NCBI GenBank assembly: GCA_016839555.1
Contig: JAEOUA010000010.1
Span: 288,001-352,000, forward strand
Length of the DNA stretch: 64,000 nt
Source: Promethearchaeota archaeon
GTDB taxonomy: Archaea > Asgardarchaeota > Lokiarchaeia > Sigyniarchaeales > SOKP01
Direction: 5' to 3'
Part shown: piece after piece, positions 8,735 to 18,868 of the stretch
Layout of the letters: every line of letters begins with the position of its first letter
Numbering within the stretch: position 1 is the stretch's first letter
The notes under the pieces: generated by a model
The model's input: only the letters and a program-made list of their open reading frames with translations
Databases searched by the model: none
Told to the model about the DNA's origin: nothing
Translations under genes and position numbers: made by a program

Positions 8735-10018
8735 ATGGCTTTAAATAACGATAATTTACTGGAGTCTACTGAGGAGATTATATTTTACTTAGACTTATCA
8801 ACTGATTTTCTTAAAAAAAAACGTTTAATAAGTGGATTAGGAATATTTATAGAGGAAAACGAGAAGTCTGAGAAAACCAGTCTTTATGGATTAGTTCTTT
8901 TCAAACGGGATAAAGAATTATTTACTATTTATAATCAAAAACCAGAAATTATATTTGAGACAATTAAAGAAATATGGGATGAACGAGAAAAAGATTTTAA
9001 TTATTTCGAAAATGGGTTGTATGAAATTTTAGCTTATGTTTTTCAGAAAAGCAGGAAGTTCCGTAAAACCTATCGTATAATTATAATCTCTGATTCTCCA
9101 AGTGATTTATCCGAAGAATATAATACAGCTCTTTATGATTTAATTTTAAAGGCAAAAAATTTTTATACTTATATTGATATTATTCGCGTTGGAGATCAGA
9201 AGTTCTATAAAGATGATGTTAAATTAAAAGTAATAACTAGTGAAACATTTGGAGGGACTCTTTATTGTCGTGATGAAAAGCATTTGAAAAGATATTTAAG
9301 TTCAATAGTCAGAAGTAGAGAAGAATATTCCTATGATTCTTCTTATAAAGAGAAAATATCTCCTAAAGATTACGCGTTTTTTGAGCGATTAGCCACAGAT
9401 TTAATAAGTTTAACTTCCTTGGATTATAAAACTTGTTTTTTCTGTAAAGAGTTCATTTGTGAAATATGTAATGATCCACTTGATGAACTTCATAAGTGTT
9501 TTAATTGCAACACATCTTTCCATACTTGTTGTATTGCTCAATATTCAGTTGAGAATAATATAGGAATACCCTATATTTTCCGTTGTCCTAAATGTGAAGC
9601 TCTTTTAAAATTAGATAAAAGTTTGATTCAATCAATTAATAAAGAAGAAAATTCAATAAATGCTCCAGAACCTTTAAAGGAATATACAGAATCTTTATCA
9701 AATCAATTAAGGGAAGAAGAGGTTCAAAAACCAGTAGAAATTCATGCTGAAGGAAAAAAATCAAAAGAAACTATAATAAGGATCGGTGGCTATTTTGGAC
9801 CTCAAATAAAAATAAATACAAATAAAACTTCAGATAATGAAATAAATTCTCAAGCAGATATTAATCCTAGTAATATAAAACCAGAAAAAAGTGAAAAAAT
9901 CTCAATAACATCTCTAAACCCTCCAAAATCTAGATGCATTATAAAATTTTGTCCTATATGCGGGACAAATGTGAAAGATGCTCCTATTTGTCCTTATTGT
10001 GGTTCAAAACTTGAATAA
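8735..10018 (+). CDS. vWA-domain protein with PHD/RING-like zinc finger and C-terminal zinc ribbon
   Basis: IIFYLDLS, RIIIISDS, IDIIRVG, ETFGGTLY (vWA); CxxC..CxxC..CxxC-x4-H-x2-C..CxxC; terminal CPIC..CPYC. Confidence 0.75.
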   Translation: MALNNDNLLESTEEIIFYLDLSTDFLKKKRLISGLGIFIEENEKSEKTSLYGLVLFKRDKELFTIYNQKPEIIFETIKEIWDEREKDFNYFENGLYEILAYVFQKSRKFRKTYRIIIISDSPSDLSEEYNTALYDLILKAKNFYTYIDIIRVGDQKFYKDDVKLKVITSETFGGTLYCRDEKHLKRYLSSIVRSREEYSYDSSYKEKISPKDYAFFERLATDLISLTSLDYKTCFFCKEFICEICNDPLDELHKCFNCNTSFHTCCIAQYSVENNIGIPYIFRCPKCEALLKLDKSLIQSINKEENSINAPEPLKEYTESLSNQLREEEVQKPVEIHAEGKKSKETIIRIGGYFGPQIKINTNKTSDNEINSQADINPSNIKPEKSEKISITSLNPPKSRCIIKFCPICGTNVKDAPICPYCGSKLE

Positions 10019-10172
10019 ATCCTTAATCAATTGTAATAATTAGCATTATTTTTATAGGCTGAATTAAATTTTAGATTATTTTTGTAATTTTAGCAAATTT
10101 TCAAAATATAAACAAATTCTTTTTAAATTTTCAAAATAAAATCAAAACAAAAAGCATAAAAAAGGATTAATT

Positions 10173-11591
10173 ATGAATTTTGAATTAACTGCAAAACAAA
10201 AAGAGTTAAAAAAAAAAGCTCGGGAGTTTGCAATTAGGGAGGTTTTACCAGTTGCTAAATATTATGATGAGAAAAACACATTCCCTATGGACGTTATTAA
10301 GAAAGCATGGGAAGAGGATTTATTAAATTTAGCGATACCTAAGGAATATGGAGGATTAGGTTATGGACTAATGGAATCAATTGTAGTTGTAGAAGAAATC
10401 GCTGCAGCTTGTCCCGGAATTGCAACATCTATCTTTGACAATAATCTGGGATCTGAACCAATTATTATTGGAGGTAATGATGAACAAAAAAAAAGAATTT
10501 TAACAGAGTTAGTTAATGAATTCAAATTAATTTCATTTGCTACTAGTGAACCAGGTATGGGGTCTGATGTAGCGGGTATGCGATGCTTGGCTAAAAAAGA
10601 TGGTAAAGATTATATTTTAAATGGTACTAAATACTGGATAACTAATGCGGGATATGCGGATTATATCTCTATTTTTGCAACGATTGATCCTGAGAAAAAG
10701 CACAGAGGAATATGTGCATTTATCGTACCGACTGATTCAGAAGGATTCAAAACAGGAGCCCATATCCCAAAACTTGGTCAAAGGGCATCAAACACTTGCT
10801 CTGTAGTATTAAATGACGTTAGAGTACCTGAAGAAAATGTTTTAGCCAAACCAGGATTCGGGTTTGTTTTAGCAATGCAGACCTTCGCAAATACTCGTCC
10901 CGCCATCGGAGCTTTTGCAGTTGGATGTGCAAGATCTGCTATGGAATATGCAATTGACTATACAAGTGAAAGAAAAGCGTTTGGAAGACCTATAGTAAAA
11001 TTCCAAGCCATTCAACAGAAAATAGCAGATATGTATAAAAATATTGAAGCTGCTCGTTTACTTACCTACAAAGCAGCATGGGAAGCAGATCAAGGAATTG
11101 ATAATAATATTAGTTCCGCATGTGCTAAAGCATTCGCTTCAGATGTGGCAATGAATGTTACTACAGAAGCAATTCAATTATTTGGAGGATATGGCTACAT
11201 CAAGACATATCCTGTTGAAAAATTATTTAGAGATGCCAAATTATTCCAAATCTATGAAGGAACCTCAGAAATACAACGAATTGTTATTTCTCGATTTGCT
11301 ACAAAACAATATGAGCATGGAATGCCAAATCTTTATAATCTTCCTTCAAAAGAAATTTCTGAAATACCAGAAAAACTAATTCAGGAAAAAGAAGAACCGG
11401 CTGAAAAAATTGAAAAAACATCCGAAGAATTGGGAGGAAAATATCGATGTACTGTATGTGGATATGTATATGATCCCGTTAAAGGAGATCCTGATGGAAG
11501 TATCGCTCCGGGAACTCGTTTTACTGATATTCCCGATGGTTGGGTATGTCCCGTTTGCGGGGCAGCTAAAAAGCAGTTTATTAAGATATAA
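10173..11591 (+). CDS. Acyl-CoA dehydrogenase (butyryl/medium-chain type) fused to a C-terminal rubredoxin
   Basis: [31 protein letters not shown]; C-terminal [35 protein letters not shown] is a canonical rubredoxin. Confidence 0.92.
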   Translation: MNFELTAKQKELKKKAREFAIREVLPVAKYYDEKNTFPMDVIKKAWEEDLLNLAIPKEYGGLGYGLMESIVVVEEIAAACPGIATSIFDNNLGSEPIIIGGNDEQKKRILTELVNEFKLISFATSEPGMGSDVAGMRCLAKKDGKDYILNGTKYWITNAGYADYISIFATIDPEKKHRGICAFIVPTDSEGFKTGAHIPKLGQRASNTCSVVLNDVRVPEENVLAKPGFGFVLAMQTFANTRPAIGAFAVGCARSAMEYAIDYTSERKAFGRPIVKFQAIQQKIADMYKNIEAARLLTYKAAWEADQGIDNNISSACAKAFASDVAMNVTTEAIQLFGGYGYIKTYPVEKLFRDAKLFQIYEGTSEIQRIVISRFATKQYEHGMPNLYNLPSKEISEIPEKLIQEKEEPAEKIEKTSEELGGKYRCTVCGYVYDPVKGDPDGSIAPGTRFTDIPDGWVCPVCGAAKKQFIKI

Positions 11592-11706
11592 TTTCAGTTT
11601 ATAAACTTTTTATTTTTTAATTATTATCTTTTTTCTAATTTTAGTATTTGCATTTTATAACAGAAATCTACATAAGAGCGCTATAATTTAATATAAATGA
11701 TTTTAT

Positions 11707-13077
11707 ATGAATAAAAAAATGGTAGATAATCTGATAAAAAAATCCAAAATTCCTTCCAAAAATGCATTAAAAATGCATCCGTTTTATCATGGCAAAATTC
11801 AAATTATGCCGAAATGTCAAATAAGGTCCCATAAAGATTTTGGTATTTGGTATTCGCCGGGAGTTGCGGCAGTTTCTAAAGAAATAGCCGCAGATAAAAA
11901 TAAAATTTTTACATATACAAATAAATGGAATTATGTAGCGGTTGTTTCTGATGGCTCAAGAGTATTGGGATTAGGAGATCTAGGACCAGAAGCAGCTTTA
12001 CCAGTTATGGAAGGTAAAGCTTTATTATTTAAGTATTTAGGCGGGGTTGACGCCTTCCCTCTAAGTATTGGAATCAATGAGTGTTGCTCTGCTGAAGAAA
12101 TAATTAATTTTGTTAAAATGATACAACCTACTTTTGGTGGGATAAATCTTGAGGATATCTCAAAACCAAAATGCTTCTCTGTTCTAGATAAATTAAGGGA
12201 TGACCCGGAGCTTAAAATTCCGATTTGGCATGATGATCAACAAGGCACGGCAACGGTAAAATTAGCTGCATTAATAAATGCATTAAAAATTGTGGGAAAG
12301 AAAAAAGAAGATATAAAAATAGTCTTCAACGGTATTGGGGCAGCTAATTTTGCCACCTCACGCTTATTGCGAGAATATGGTTTTAATTTAAGAAAATCTA
12401 TTTTTGTTGATTCGAAGGGAATTTTATATAAAAATAGAGCTGATTTACTAAGTCCAGAAAATTATAAATATGAAGTTGCTCAACTAAGTAATACTGAAGA
12501 GATTAGAGGAGACTTAAGTAATGCATTAGAGGGGGCAGACGTATTAATTTCGTTAAGTATCCCTGGACCTAATATAATAGAAAAAGAATGGATTTCAAAA
12601 ATGGCAGATGATGCAATTGTGTTTGCGTGCGCTAATCCTGTACCAGAAATATTTCCTTGGGATGCTAAGGAAGCAGGAGCAAGGATTGTAGCAACTGGTC
12701 GTTCGGATTTTAAAAATCAAGTCAACAATTCTTTAGGCTTCCCAGGTATTTTTCGAGGAACATTAGATGTGAGAGCAAAAACCATTTCAGATGAGATGTG
12801 TATCGCAGCAGCATATGAATTAGCAGATATAGTATTAGATATAGAGGGATGCCTTATTGAAGATTGTATCATTCCCTCAATGGAATATGAAGAAGTCTAT
12901 ATAAGAGAAGCTGTCGCCGTGGGATTAAAAGCAATAGAACAAAATATTGCTCGTATTACCCTTTCAGAAGATGAGCTCTCTTCTAAAGCTTCAAAATCTA
13001 TTAAAAATGCAAAAAAACAAACTGAATTGTTGATGAAAAAAGGATTCATCCCTCAATTTAATGATTATTTTGAATAA
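11707..13077 (+). CDS. NAD(P)-dependent malic enzyme
   Basis: VSDGSRVLGLG, PVMEGK, GGINLEDI, HDDQQGTA, ANPVPEI, ATGRSD..NQVNN. Confidence 0.93.
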   Translation: MNKKMVDNLIKKSKIPSKNALKMHPFYHGKIQIMPKCQIRSHKDFGIWYSPGVAAVSKEIAADKNKIFTYTNKWNYVAVVSDGSRVLGLGDLGPEAALPVMEGKALLFKYLGGVDAFPLSIGINECCSAEEIINFVKMIQPTFGGINLEDISKPKCFSVLDKLRDDPELKIPIWHDDQQGTATVKLAALINALKIVGKKKEDIKIVFNGIGAANFATSRLLREYGFNLRKSIFVDSKGILYKNRADLLSPENYKYEVAQLSNTEEIRGDLSNALEGADVLISLSIPGPNIIEKEWISKMADDAIVFACANPVPEIFPWDAKEAGARIVATGRSDFKNQVNNSLGFPGIFRGTLDVRAKTISDEMCIAAAYELADIVLDIEGCLIEDCIIPSMEYEEVYIREAVAVGLKAIEQNIARITLSEDELSSKASKSIKNAKKQTELLMKKGFIPQFNDYFE

Positions 13078-13230
13078 ATTAAATTTATTATAGCTTAAGA
13101 ATATTAAATATTATGAATTTTAATACACATAGGAGTTATATATCGAAATGATATTAGCATTTTATCAAAACTGAATAAATTCAAATGAATTAAAAGGACA
13201 TTTATTAGCTTTTAAAAAGGCGAATATAAA

Positions 13231-13680
13231 ATGATTGTTGCTCATTCAATTACAGTAGAAATTTTTGTCCAACCAGGAGAAAATTTAGATAGGATTAAAC
13301 TAAAATTTTTGAGCTTATTTCCTTTTAATGTAAAGGAAGAAAAAATTGAATTATATGAAAAATCAGTTATGGGTTTTAACAATAAAATCATCAAAGTCTT
13401 AAGAATTGATTTGTTAAAAAATAGACATATTAAAGTATTTTTAACTAATCTATTTAATCAATTAGATGGGGATACTAAAAATAAAATAAAAAATCAAGCA
13501 AAAAAAAGATTAGATCAAAATCTTAATTTTTATCTTAGATTTGACAAATATAATCTATTAGATAAGAATCTCTATAAATTGACAGATCAAGGAGACTGTT
13601 TTTACATTAAAATTAAAATAGCAGCTTTTCCTAAAAATGAGTCGAATGCATTAATTATAATATATGATTTATTAAAATAA
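13231..13680 (+). CDS. Archaeal RNA-binding protein (DUF54/PF01877-like)
   Basis: E..D..K..F..LFP..GFNNKII..FYLRFDK..GDCFYIKIKIAAFP pattern. Confidence 0.7.
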   Translation: MIVAHSITVEIFVQPGENLDRIKLKFLSLFPFNVKEEKIELYEKSVMGFNNKIIKVLRIDLLKNRHIKVFLTNLFNQLDGDTKNKIKNQAKKRLDQNLNFYLRFDKYNLLDKNLYKLTDQGDCFYIKIKIAAFPKNESNALIIIYDLLK

Positions 13681-13736
13681 GAAGTTAAACTATGATTATT
13701 CTCAGGGAATTTATATATTCTCGTTATTAATTTATT

Positions 13737-14012
13737 TTATTTTGTATTGTTGTTTTTTTCGAAATAATCCAAGATCTTATTCAAATCTAAGACATTTGCC
13801 AGCTTAAACCCTAAGTCAAATAGATTTTTGACTGAATCATTAAAATCATCAAGTAATTCATTGATTGTACTACTATCCAATTTATCAAATAATTGTTTGA
13901 TTTCTTTTTTACTTAAATCAGGTAATTTATTATCCTTTAAATCTTGAATAATTCTCGGTAAATCAATATCAGTTTTTTCTGAGCCGCCTTGATTATTTTC
14001 CATATTCTTCAC
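13737..14012 (-). CDS. Small helical hypothetical protein (alternative start 14003)
   Basis: Overlaps the end of the upstream PlsC-like gene, suggesting translational coupling; amphipathic pattern. Confidence 0.6.
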   Translation of the reverse strand: MKNMENNQGGSEKTDIDLPRIIQDLKDNKLPDLSKKEIKQLFDKLDSSTINELLDDFNDSVKNLFDLGFKLANVLDLNKILDYFEKNNNTK

Positions 14013-14721
14013 TATCTGATTCTGATTTTGATTGATTTGAAATCTTTAAGGAATCTATTATTTTAAGTATACCTTCGGCTAATTCGTAGCGTTGTGGACG
14101 GTATTTGTCTCGATTTAATTTTTTCTCCACTTTGATGGGAGTACCCACATTAACTACTATCCCATCTATATCAAATATATTAAATAATCGAATCTTTTCT
14201 GTATAAACTTTCAAGGGAATAATTGGAGCATCACCTGCCACCGCAAATTTTATTATTGCAGCCATCGATTTTAGTTGTGTTTCATCATCTAATTTTGATT
14301 CCGGAGTCATCGCTACTAAATCATTTTTTTCATTTAAAAATTCAAACACTTGATCAACAGGCTCTTGATCTTCTTTACTTTCTGTGCTTCGGAACATCCC
14401 TAATGTTTTCAAAATAGGTCCTGCAATTTGATGCCTTATTAATTTTGGAGATAACATAAAATGAATTTGTCTCCCACTCAATTGAGCTATTGCCAACATA
14501 TCTCGAAATATATTATCGCTAATCGTGGTTAATAGGGCTTTATCATGTAAGGGAATATTTTCTTTTCCTTTTATTTTTAAATTAGTAAAGGCATCTAAAA
14601 AAAGCCCGGCAACACCTTTAGTAATCCCATATAATACTTTACTAAAATTATCCCTTCCGCCAATTTTTTCAAACATATCTTTTTTTTCTTCTTCTTCTTC
14701 TTGTGGTTGACTTTCTGTCAT
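13993..14721 (-). CDS. PlsC-family glycerolipid acyltransferase-like protein with degenerate catalytic motifs
   Basis: IKGKENIP, IHFM, LVAMTPES, APIIPL, VNVGTPI follow the PlsC fold; HxxxxD is replaced by TISDNIFRD. Confidence 0.7.
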   Translation of the reverse strand: MTESQPQEEEEEKKDMFEKIGGRDNFSKVLYGITKGVAGLFLDAFTNLKIKGKENIPLHDKALLTTISDNIFRDMLAIAQLSGRQIHFMLSPKLIRHQIAGPILKTLGMFRSTESKEDQEPVDQVFEFLNEKNDLVAMTPESKLDDETQLKSMAAIIKFAVAGDAPIIPLKVYTEKIRLFNIFDIDGIVVNVGTPIKVEKKLNRDKYRPQRYELAEGILKIIDSLKISNQSKSESDSEEYGK

Positions 14722-14755
14722 ACTTTGGTGCCTCTCATATTTTAATTTTTATATT

Positions 14756-14959
14756 TTAGACTGTTTCGATAAATTTGTTAACATCTTCCATTCTTTTTTC
14801 ATAATATTCCTTTAAATCTTTGTCTGATACATATCTCGGTATCAAATTTTCGGTAAAAATATCGAACAAAGTTGATAATTTTGACCTGTGCTTTAATGTT
14901 TCAAGAACTTCTCCTCCAATATTTCGGAGTTGCTTTAAGATATCTTTAATCTCTTCCAT
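14756..14959 (-). CDS. Small hypothetical protein, first gene of a three-gene unit with the PlsC-like gene
   Basis: 67-aa ORF ending 34 bp before the PlsC-like start. Confidence 0.55.
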   Translation of the reverse strand: MEEIKDILKQLRNIGGEVLETLKHRSKLSTLFDIFTENLIPRYVSDKDLKEYYEKRMEDVNKFIETV

Positions 14960-15045
14960 CCTTTGTAATACCTATATAAAATTTGTAAATAAGATATTAA
15001 GTATAATTATTTTTTTTTATTTATTGATCATAACCGTTTTAGTTG

Positions 15046-15092
15046 AATAACACAGTGTTATTTAAAAGAATAATCTTCAAAATAAGATTATT
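15046..15092. promoter_or_regulatory. Two adjacent operator-like inverted repeats
   Basis: AATAACAC-a-GTGTTATT (15046-15062) and AATAATCTT-caaaat-AAGATTATT (15069-15092), upstream of the 14959 start. Confidence 0.4.
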
Positions 15093-15378
15093 ATAAGTAT
15101 TGAAATAAAAAGATTTAGTAGTTTTACCTCTCTAAAGAGTATAATAACTATATAACCTTACATACAACAAATTGAAGATTATCATTCGCTCTTTATAGAA
15201 AAAATTAAAGAAGATTTCATTTTTTAGCTTTATTTCTTTTTTAGAGAAAATATAGAATATAAAAGATTAATAGGAGGTTTTAAATGCTCTAAAGAAAAGA
15301 AATTATTGTAGATTTAAAAACAATTATTACATTTAAAATAAAGATTTAACTAATTTTTAATTCAAAAACTTAGCTCTT

Positions 15379-16043
15379 CTAACTTTTCTCTTTTAAACAT
15401 AAAATCTTACCTGCTCTATGTATTATTGGAACATTACATGCAATTATTCCATCCATCTTATTAGGGCCTTCTTGAACAAGCATTTTTAGATGCCCATGCC
15501 TAACTTCTTCATGTGGGTTTAAAGGTCCTCCATCTTGAACTTTAGCTGCTAGATTCTTAAGAATAGGTGGTACATTTGAGTCCTGCCTTTTAGAACTTGG
15601 GGGGGGGTTTCATTTTCTGGTTTGTTAAAAATCCTTGTAAATAATTGAAAAATATTTTGAAATTTTTTTGGATCCTCCCATTTTGCCTTTTGATATTCAA
15701 TTTGTTTTCCTCTCTTAATAAATGGAGTCATTAAAACACCTTGATCCCCATTTTTTAGCTCACCAATAGTTAGCAAAATACTTGACTCAGCACCTGTTTT
15801 TATATTTGTTCCAGTCATAGTTTGATTCCATGCATACATTTCTACATCCATTTTCTGAAAATGGTTTATCATATTTTCAATTGTTTGAGGAATCTCGCTC
15901 CTACTTTTGCAATTTACACTTGCAGGATATATTGTGTCTTTAGTGCGTACCTCTAATATCGGATTTAAGTACCCATACATATTAAAAATCTTTTTGCTAT
16001 TTTCGGCTGCCCTTTTAATTAAAGATTGTAATTTTGTATTCAT
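15379..16043 (-). CDS. Hypothetical protein, apparently frameshifted at a G9 tract (15599-15607)
   Basis: The track ORF stops at 15549. A different frame after the tract stays open for 72 sense codons to a stop at 15379. Confidence 0.55.
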
Positions 16044-16295
16044 TTTAGCTAAAACTCTTTTTTAGTTTAAATATATCTAGATTTGTGCAATAAATTTTAG
16101 GATTAATTATTTATAGATTAGTTAGATTATTATTTATATATATCCAATAGAAATTTTAAATGGATAATATAATAGCCATTATGGTTATGAAATACCAAAA
16201 TTTTTGAAAAATATATTTAAAAAGAGATCGTGTATTCTTAATAAAAAATAAAATACATTTTTTATATAAGTTTATTAAGATTAAAGATTTATTAA

Positions 16296-17318
16296 CTAGA
16301 ATACTTCCCACTTCCCACATCTGCTTCCCCAGCGAGCTATGACTTCATCCCCCTTCTCGGGCATCTTTACTTCGATTATTTCGCAATTGTTAGGACAATC
16401 GCCACAGTGGAAGGTTGATGTTTCAAAATTAAGTTCAGATATTTGTAATCCCCGAAAAGAGGTTTCATTTCCATGATCTAAATAATGATCTCTGACAAGG
16501 ATAGCCATTCCAAGCGCTCCCATAAGCACATTATACTTTGGCACAATAACTTTACAATTAAGATGGCGTTCAAAAGCTTCAATAATACCTTTATTATATG
16601 AGACCCCGCCTTGAAAGACCACAGGTTCTTCTAAATCTTTTCCTTTTGATAAATTATTGAGATAATTTCGGACAAGCGAGTCGCACAATCCAGCAATAAT
16701 ATCTTCTTTTGAGTGCCCCGCATTTTGTTTATGGATCATATCAGATTCGGCGAACACCGTACATCTTCCAGCAATGGATACAGGATTTTCTGATTTTACC
16801 GCATAATCTCCAAATTTCTCAATAGGGATACCTAATCGTGATGCTTGATGATCTAAAAAGGATCCAGTTCCAGCAGCACACACGGAATTCATTGCAAAAT
16901 CGACAATTATTCCATCTCTTAATATGATAATTTTACTATCCTGTCCGCCAATTTCAAGAATAGTTCGGACGTTAGGATACATTGATTGAGTAGCGACAGC
17001 ATGCGCAATAATTTCTGTTTTAGCCAAATCGCCCCCTACGACAGCTTTTGTAAGATATCTAGCCGAACCCGTGGTACCACATGCCTTTATCTCGTAATCT
17101 TCCAACTCGGTTTTTTCTTTAATATGTTCGCGTAATTTAGACATTCCAAATTTAACTGAATCAATAGGGGATCCCCTATTTCTTAAAAAGACATGACTTA
17201 ATACATTACCCTCTCTATCCATTAAAATAAATTTGCATGAAACACTGCCGACGTCAATCCCAAGAAAGGCGTCTTTTTTAGCACCTTGCGTTTCAATTCT
17301 CTCTTTTGCTTGAACCAT
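16296..17318 (-). CDS. 2-hydroxyacyl-CoA dehydratase activase-type ATPase (HgdC/BadF-BadG-BcrA-BcrD, ASKHA, [4Fe-4S]) with Cys-rich C-terminal extension
   Basis: LGIDVGSVS, GTTGSAR, EIGGQDSK, MNSVCAAGTGSFL, GRCTVFAESD, FQGGV; tail CGDCPNNC..WGSRCGKW. Confidence 0.92.
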   Translation of the reverse strand: MVQAKERIETQGAKKDAFLGIDVGSVSCKFILMDREGNVLSHVFLRNRGSPIDSVKFGMSKLREHIKEKTELEDYEIKACGTTGSARYLTKAVVGGDLAKTEIIAHAVATQSMYPNVRTILEIGGQDSKIIILRDGIIVDFAMNSVCAAGTGSFLDHQASRLGIPIEKFGDYAVKSENPVSIAGRCTVFAESDMIHKQNAGHSKEDIIAGLCDSLVRNYLNNLSKGKDLEEPVVFQGGVSYNKGIIEAFERHLNCKVIVPKYNVLMGALGMAILVRDHYLDHGNETSFRGLQISELNFETSTFHCGDCPNNCEIIEVKMPEKGDEVIARWGSRCGKWEVF

Positions 17319-17579
17319 AGTTTTGACCTAATTTTTTTTAATTATTTTCGGTGGGTAATAGGTTTTCCTATATTTTACTCAAATCTTATAATAATAAAAT
17401 ATATCATCTATTAAATGATCTTTTGTACAAATAACTTTTCTTTTCTTTTAAAAAAATCCAATTTTAATATATTAGTAAAAGTATGATTAAAACCATATTT
17501 AGGTCAATTTTTCATAAAAAATAAAATAGTTAAAAAATCAAATAAAAGTATATAATAGTTTCTATTTTATTTTGGTATT

Positions 17580-18506
17580 ATGGATGAAATTGATTTTACA
17601 ATATCATTTATGTTGATGGCAAACTCTAGGATTTCTTATAGCAAAATTGCAGATATATTTAATATGAGTGTAAATAGTATTTATAAACGTATTAAATCAA
17701 TGGTGGAATTAGGAATTATACAAAGTTTTAAAACTAAATTGAGTTTTCTTAATTTTCCTTATACTACGAATATAGTATTATTTGGGAACTCCCCTATTAA
17801 AGAAAAGAAGATCTTAATGGATAAAATAGGGAATAATGAATGTGTCTATAATGTCACACAAGCGAGTGGAGAATTATTTTATATTCATGCCTTTTCGCGT
17901 AATTTGAAGGATTTAGATGCTATAATCTCATTAATAAGAAAAGATGCTAAAATAAATGATCTTACTGTGGGTTTAGATAAAAATTCACCTTCTGCAACTA
18001 TGGATGGAACTATTGAAGCATTTTATACAGATAAAGATTATTTAATAATAAATTCTTTGAGAAATAATTCACGAAAAACTATATCTGATATTGCAGATGA
18101 AGTGGGAATTTCCAGCAAGACGGTCACTCGTCGTTTAAATCGTTTAATTGATGAGAACCTAATAGAATTTACGATTGATTGGTATCCTGACAAAACATCC
18201 GAAATTTTATCGTTTATTATTATCAAGTCGAAACCAGCTAAAGATTTTGATGAAATGAATTTGATGGAAAATATCAAAACTCAATTTGGACAAAAAATTA
18301 TGTATTATTGGAACTTTATAAACCTTCCTAATGTTATGATAATTTTTTGCTGGGCAAATTCTATGAAAGAGCTCCAAGAGATAGAAGCTTATTTAATTGA
18401 ATTGAACCTTGAAAAAGTTGAAATAACGGTTCTTATTGAGGGAAAAATATATCAAACTTGGGTTGATACGTATTTAGATGAAAAAATTAAAGAGCTTAAA
18501 AAATGA
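17580..18506 (+). CDS. Lrp/AsnC-family transcription regulator with duplicated HTH-effector units
   Basis: Two HTHs: ANSRISYSKIADIF..SIYKRI and NNSRKTISDIADEVGISSKTVTRRL. Confidence 0.85.
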   Translation: MDEIDFTISFMLMANSRISYSKIADIFNMSVNSIYKRIKSMVELGIIQSFKTKLSFLNFPYTTNIVLFGNSPIKEKKILMDKIGNNECVYNVTQASGELFYIHAFSRNLKDLDAIISLIRKDAKINDLTVGLDKNSPSATMDGTIEAFYTDKDYLIINSLRNNSRKTISDIADEVGISSKTVTRRLNRLIDENLIEFTIDWYPDKTSEILSFIIIKSKPAKDFDEMNLMENIKTQFGQKIMYYWNFINLPNVMIIFCWANSMKELQEIEAYLIELNLEKVEITVLIEGKIYQTWVDTYLDEKIKELKK

Positions 18507-18868
18507 ACCCATAAATTCTTTTAATTTTTTATTTTTAAAATATGAATATTATCAACCCATAAGTTTACATTTTAGAATTTAATTTAAAAACTTCCTTTTA
18601 ATGATTAATTATTTTATATTCTGAGAATCTTCAAATACATCATTTGTTAGATATTTATTTTAAATCTTCAAATAAAAATATCCAATTTTTTATCCTATTG
18701 GGTGAAAAAATGTCCAAAATATGGTGCTTATTATTCTACTATTCCAACTTTACAATATACATCAACTATATAAGAGAGATTATCTATAGATCTTCATAGA
18801 ATGAAAAAAAATTTTTTAGAAATTTTATAAATAAATTTTCCAATTATAAAAAAATTTGAGGATGAAAA

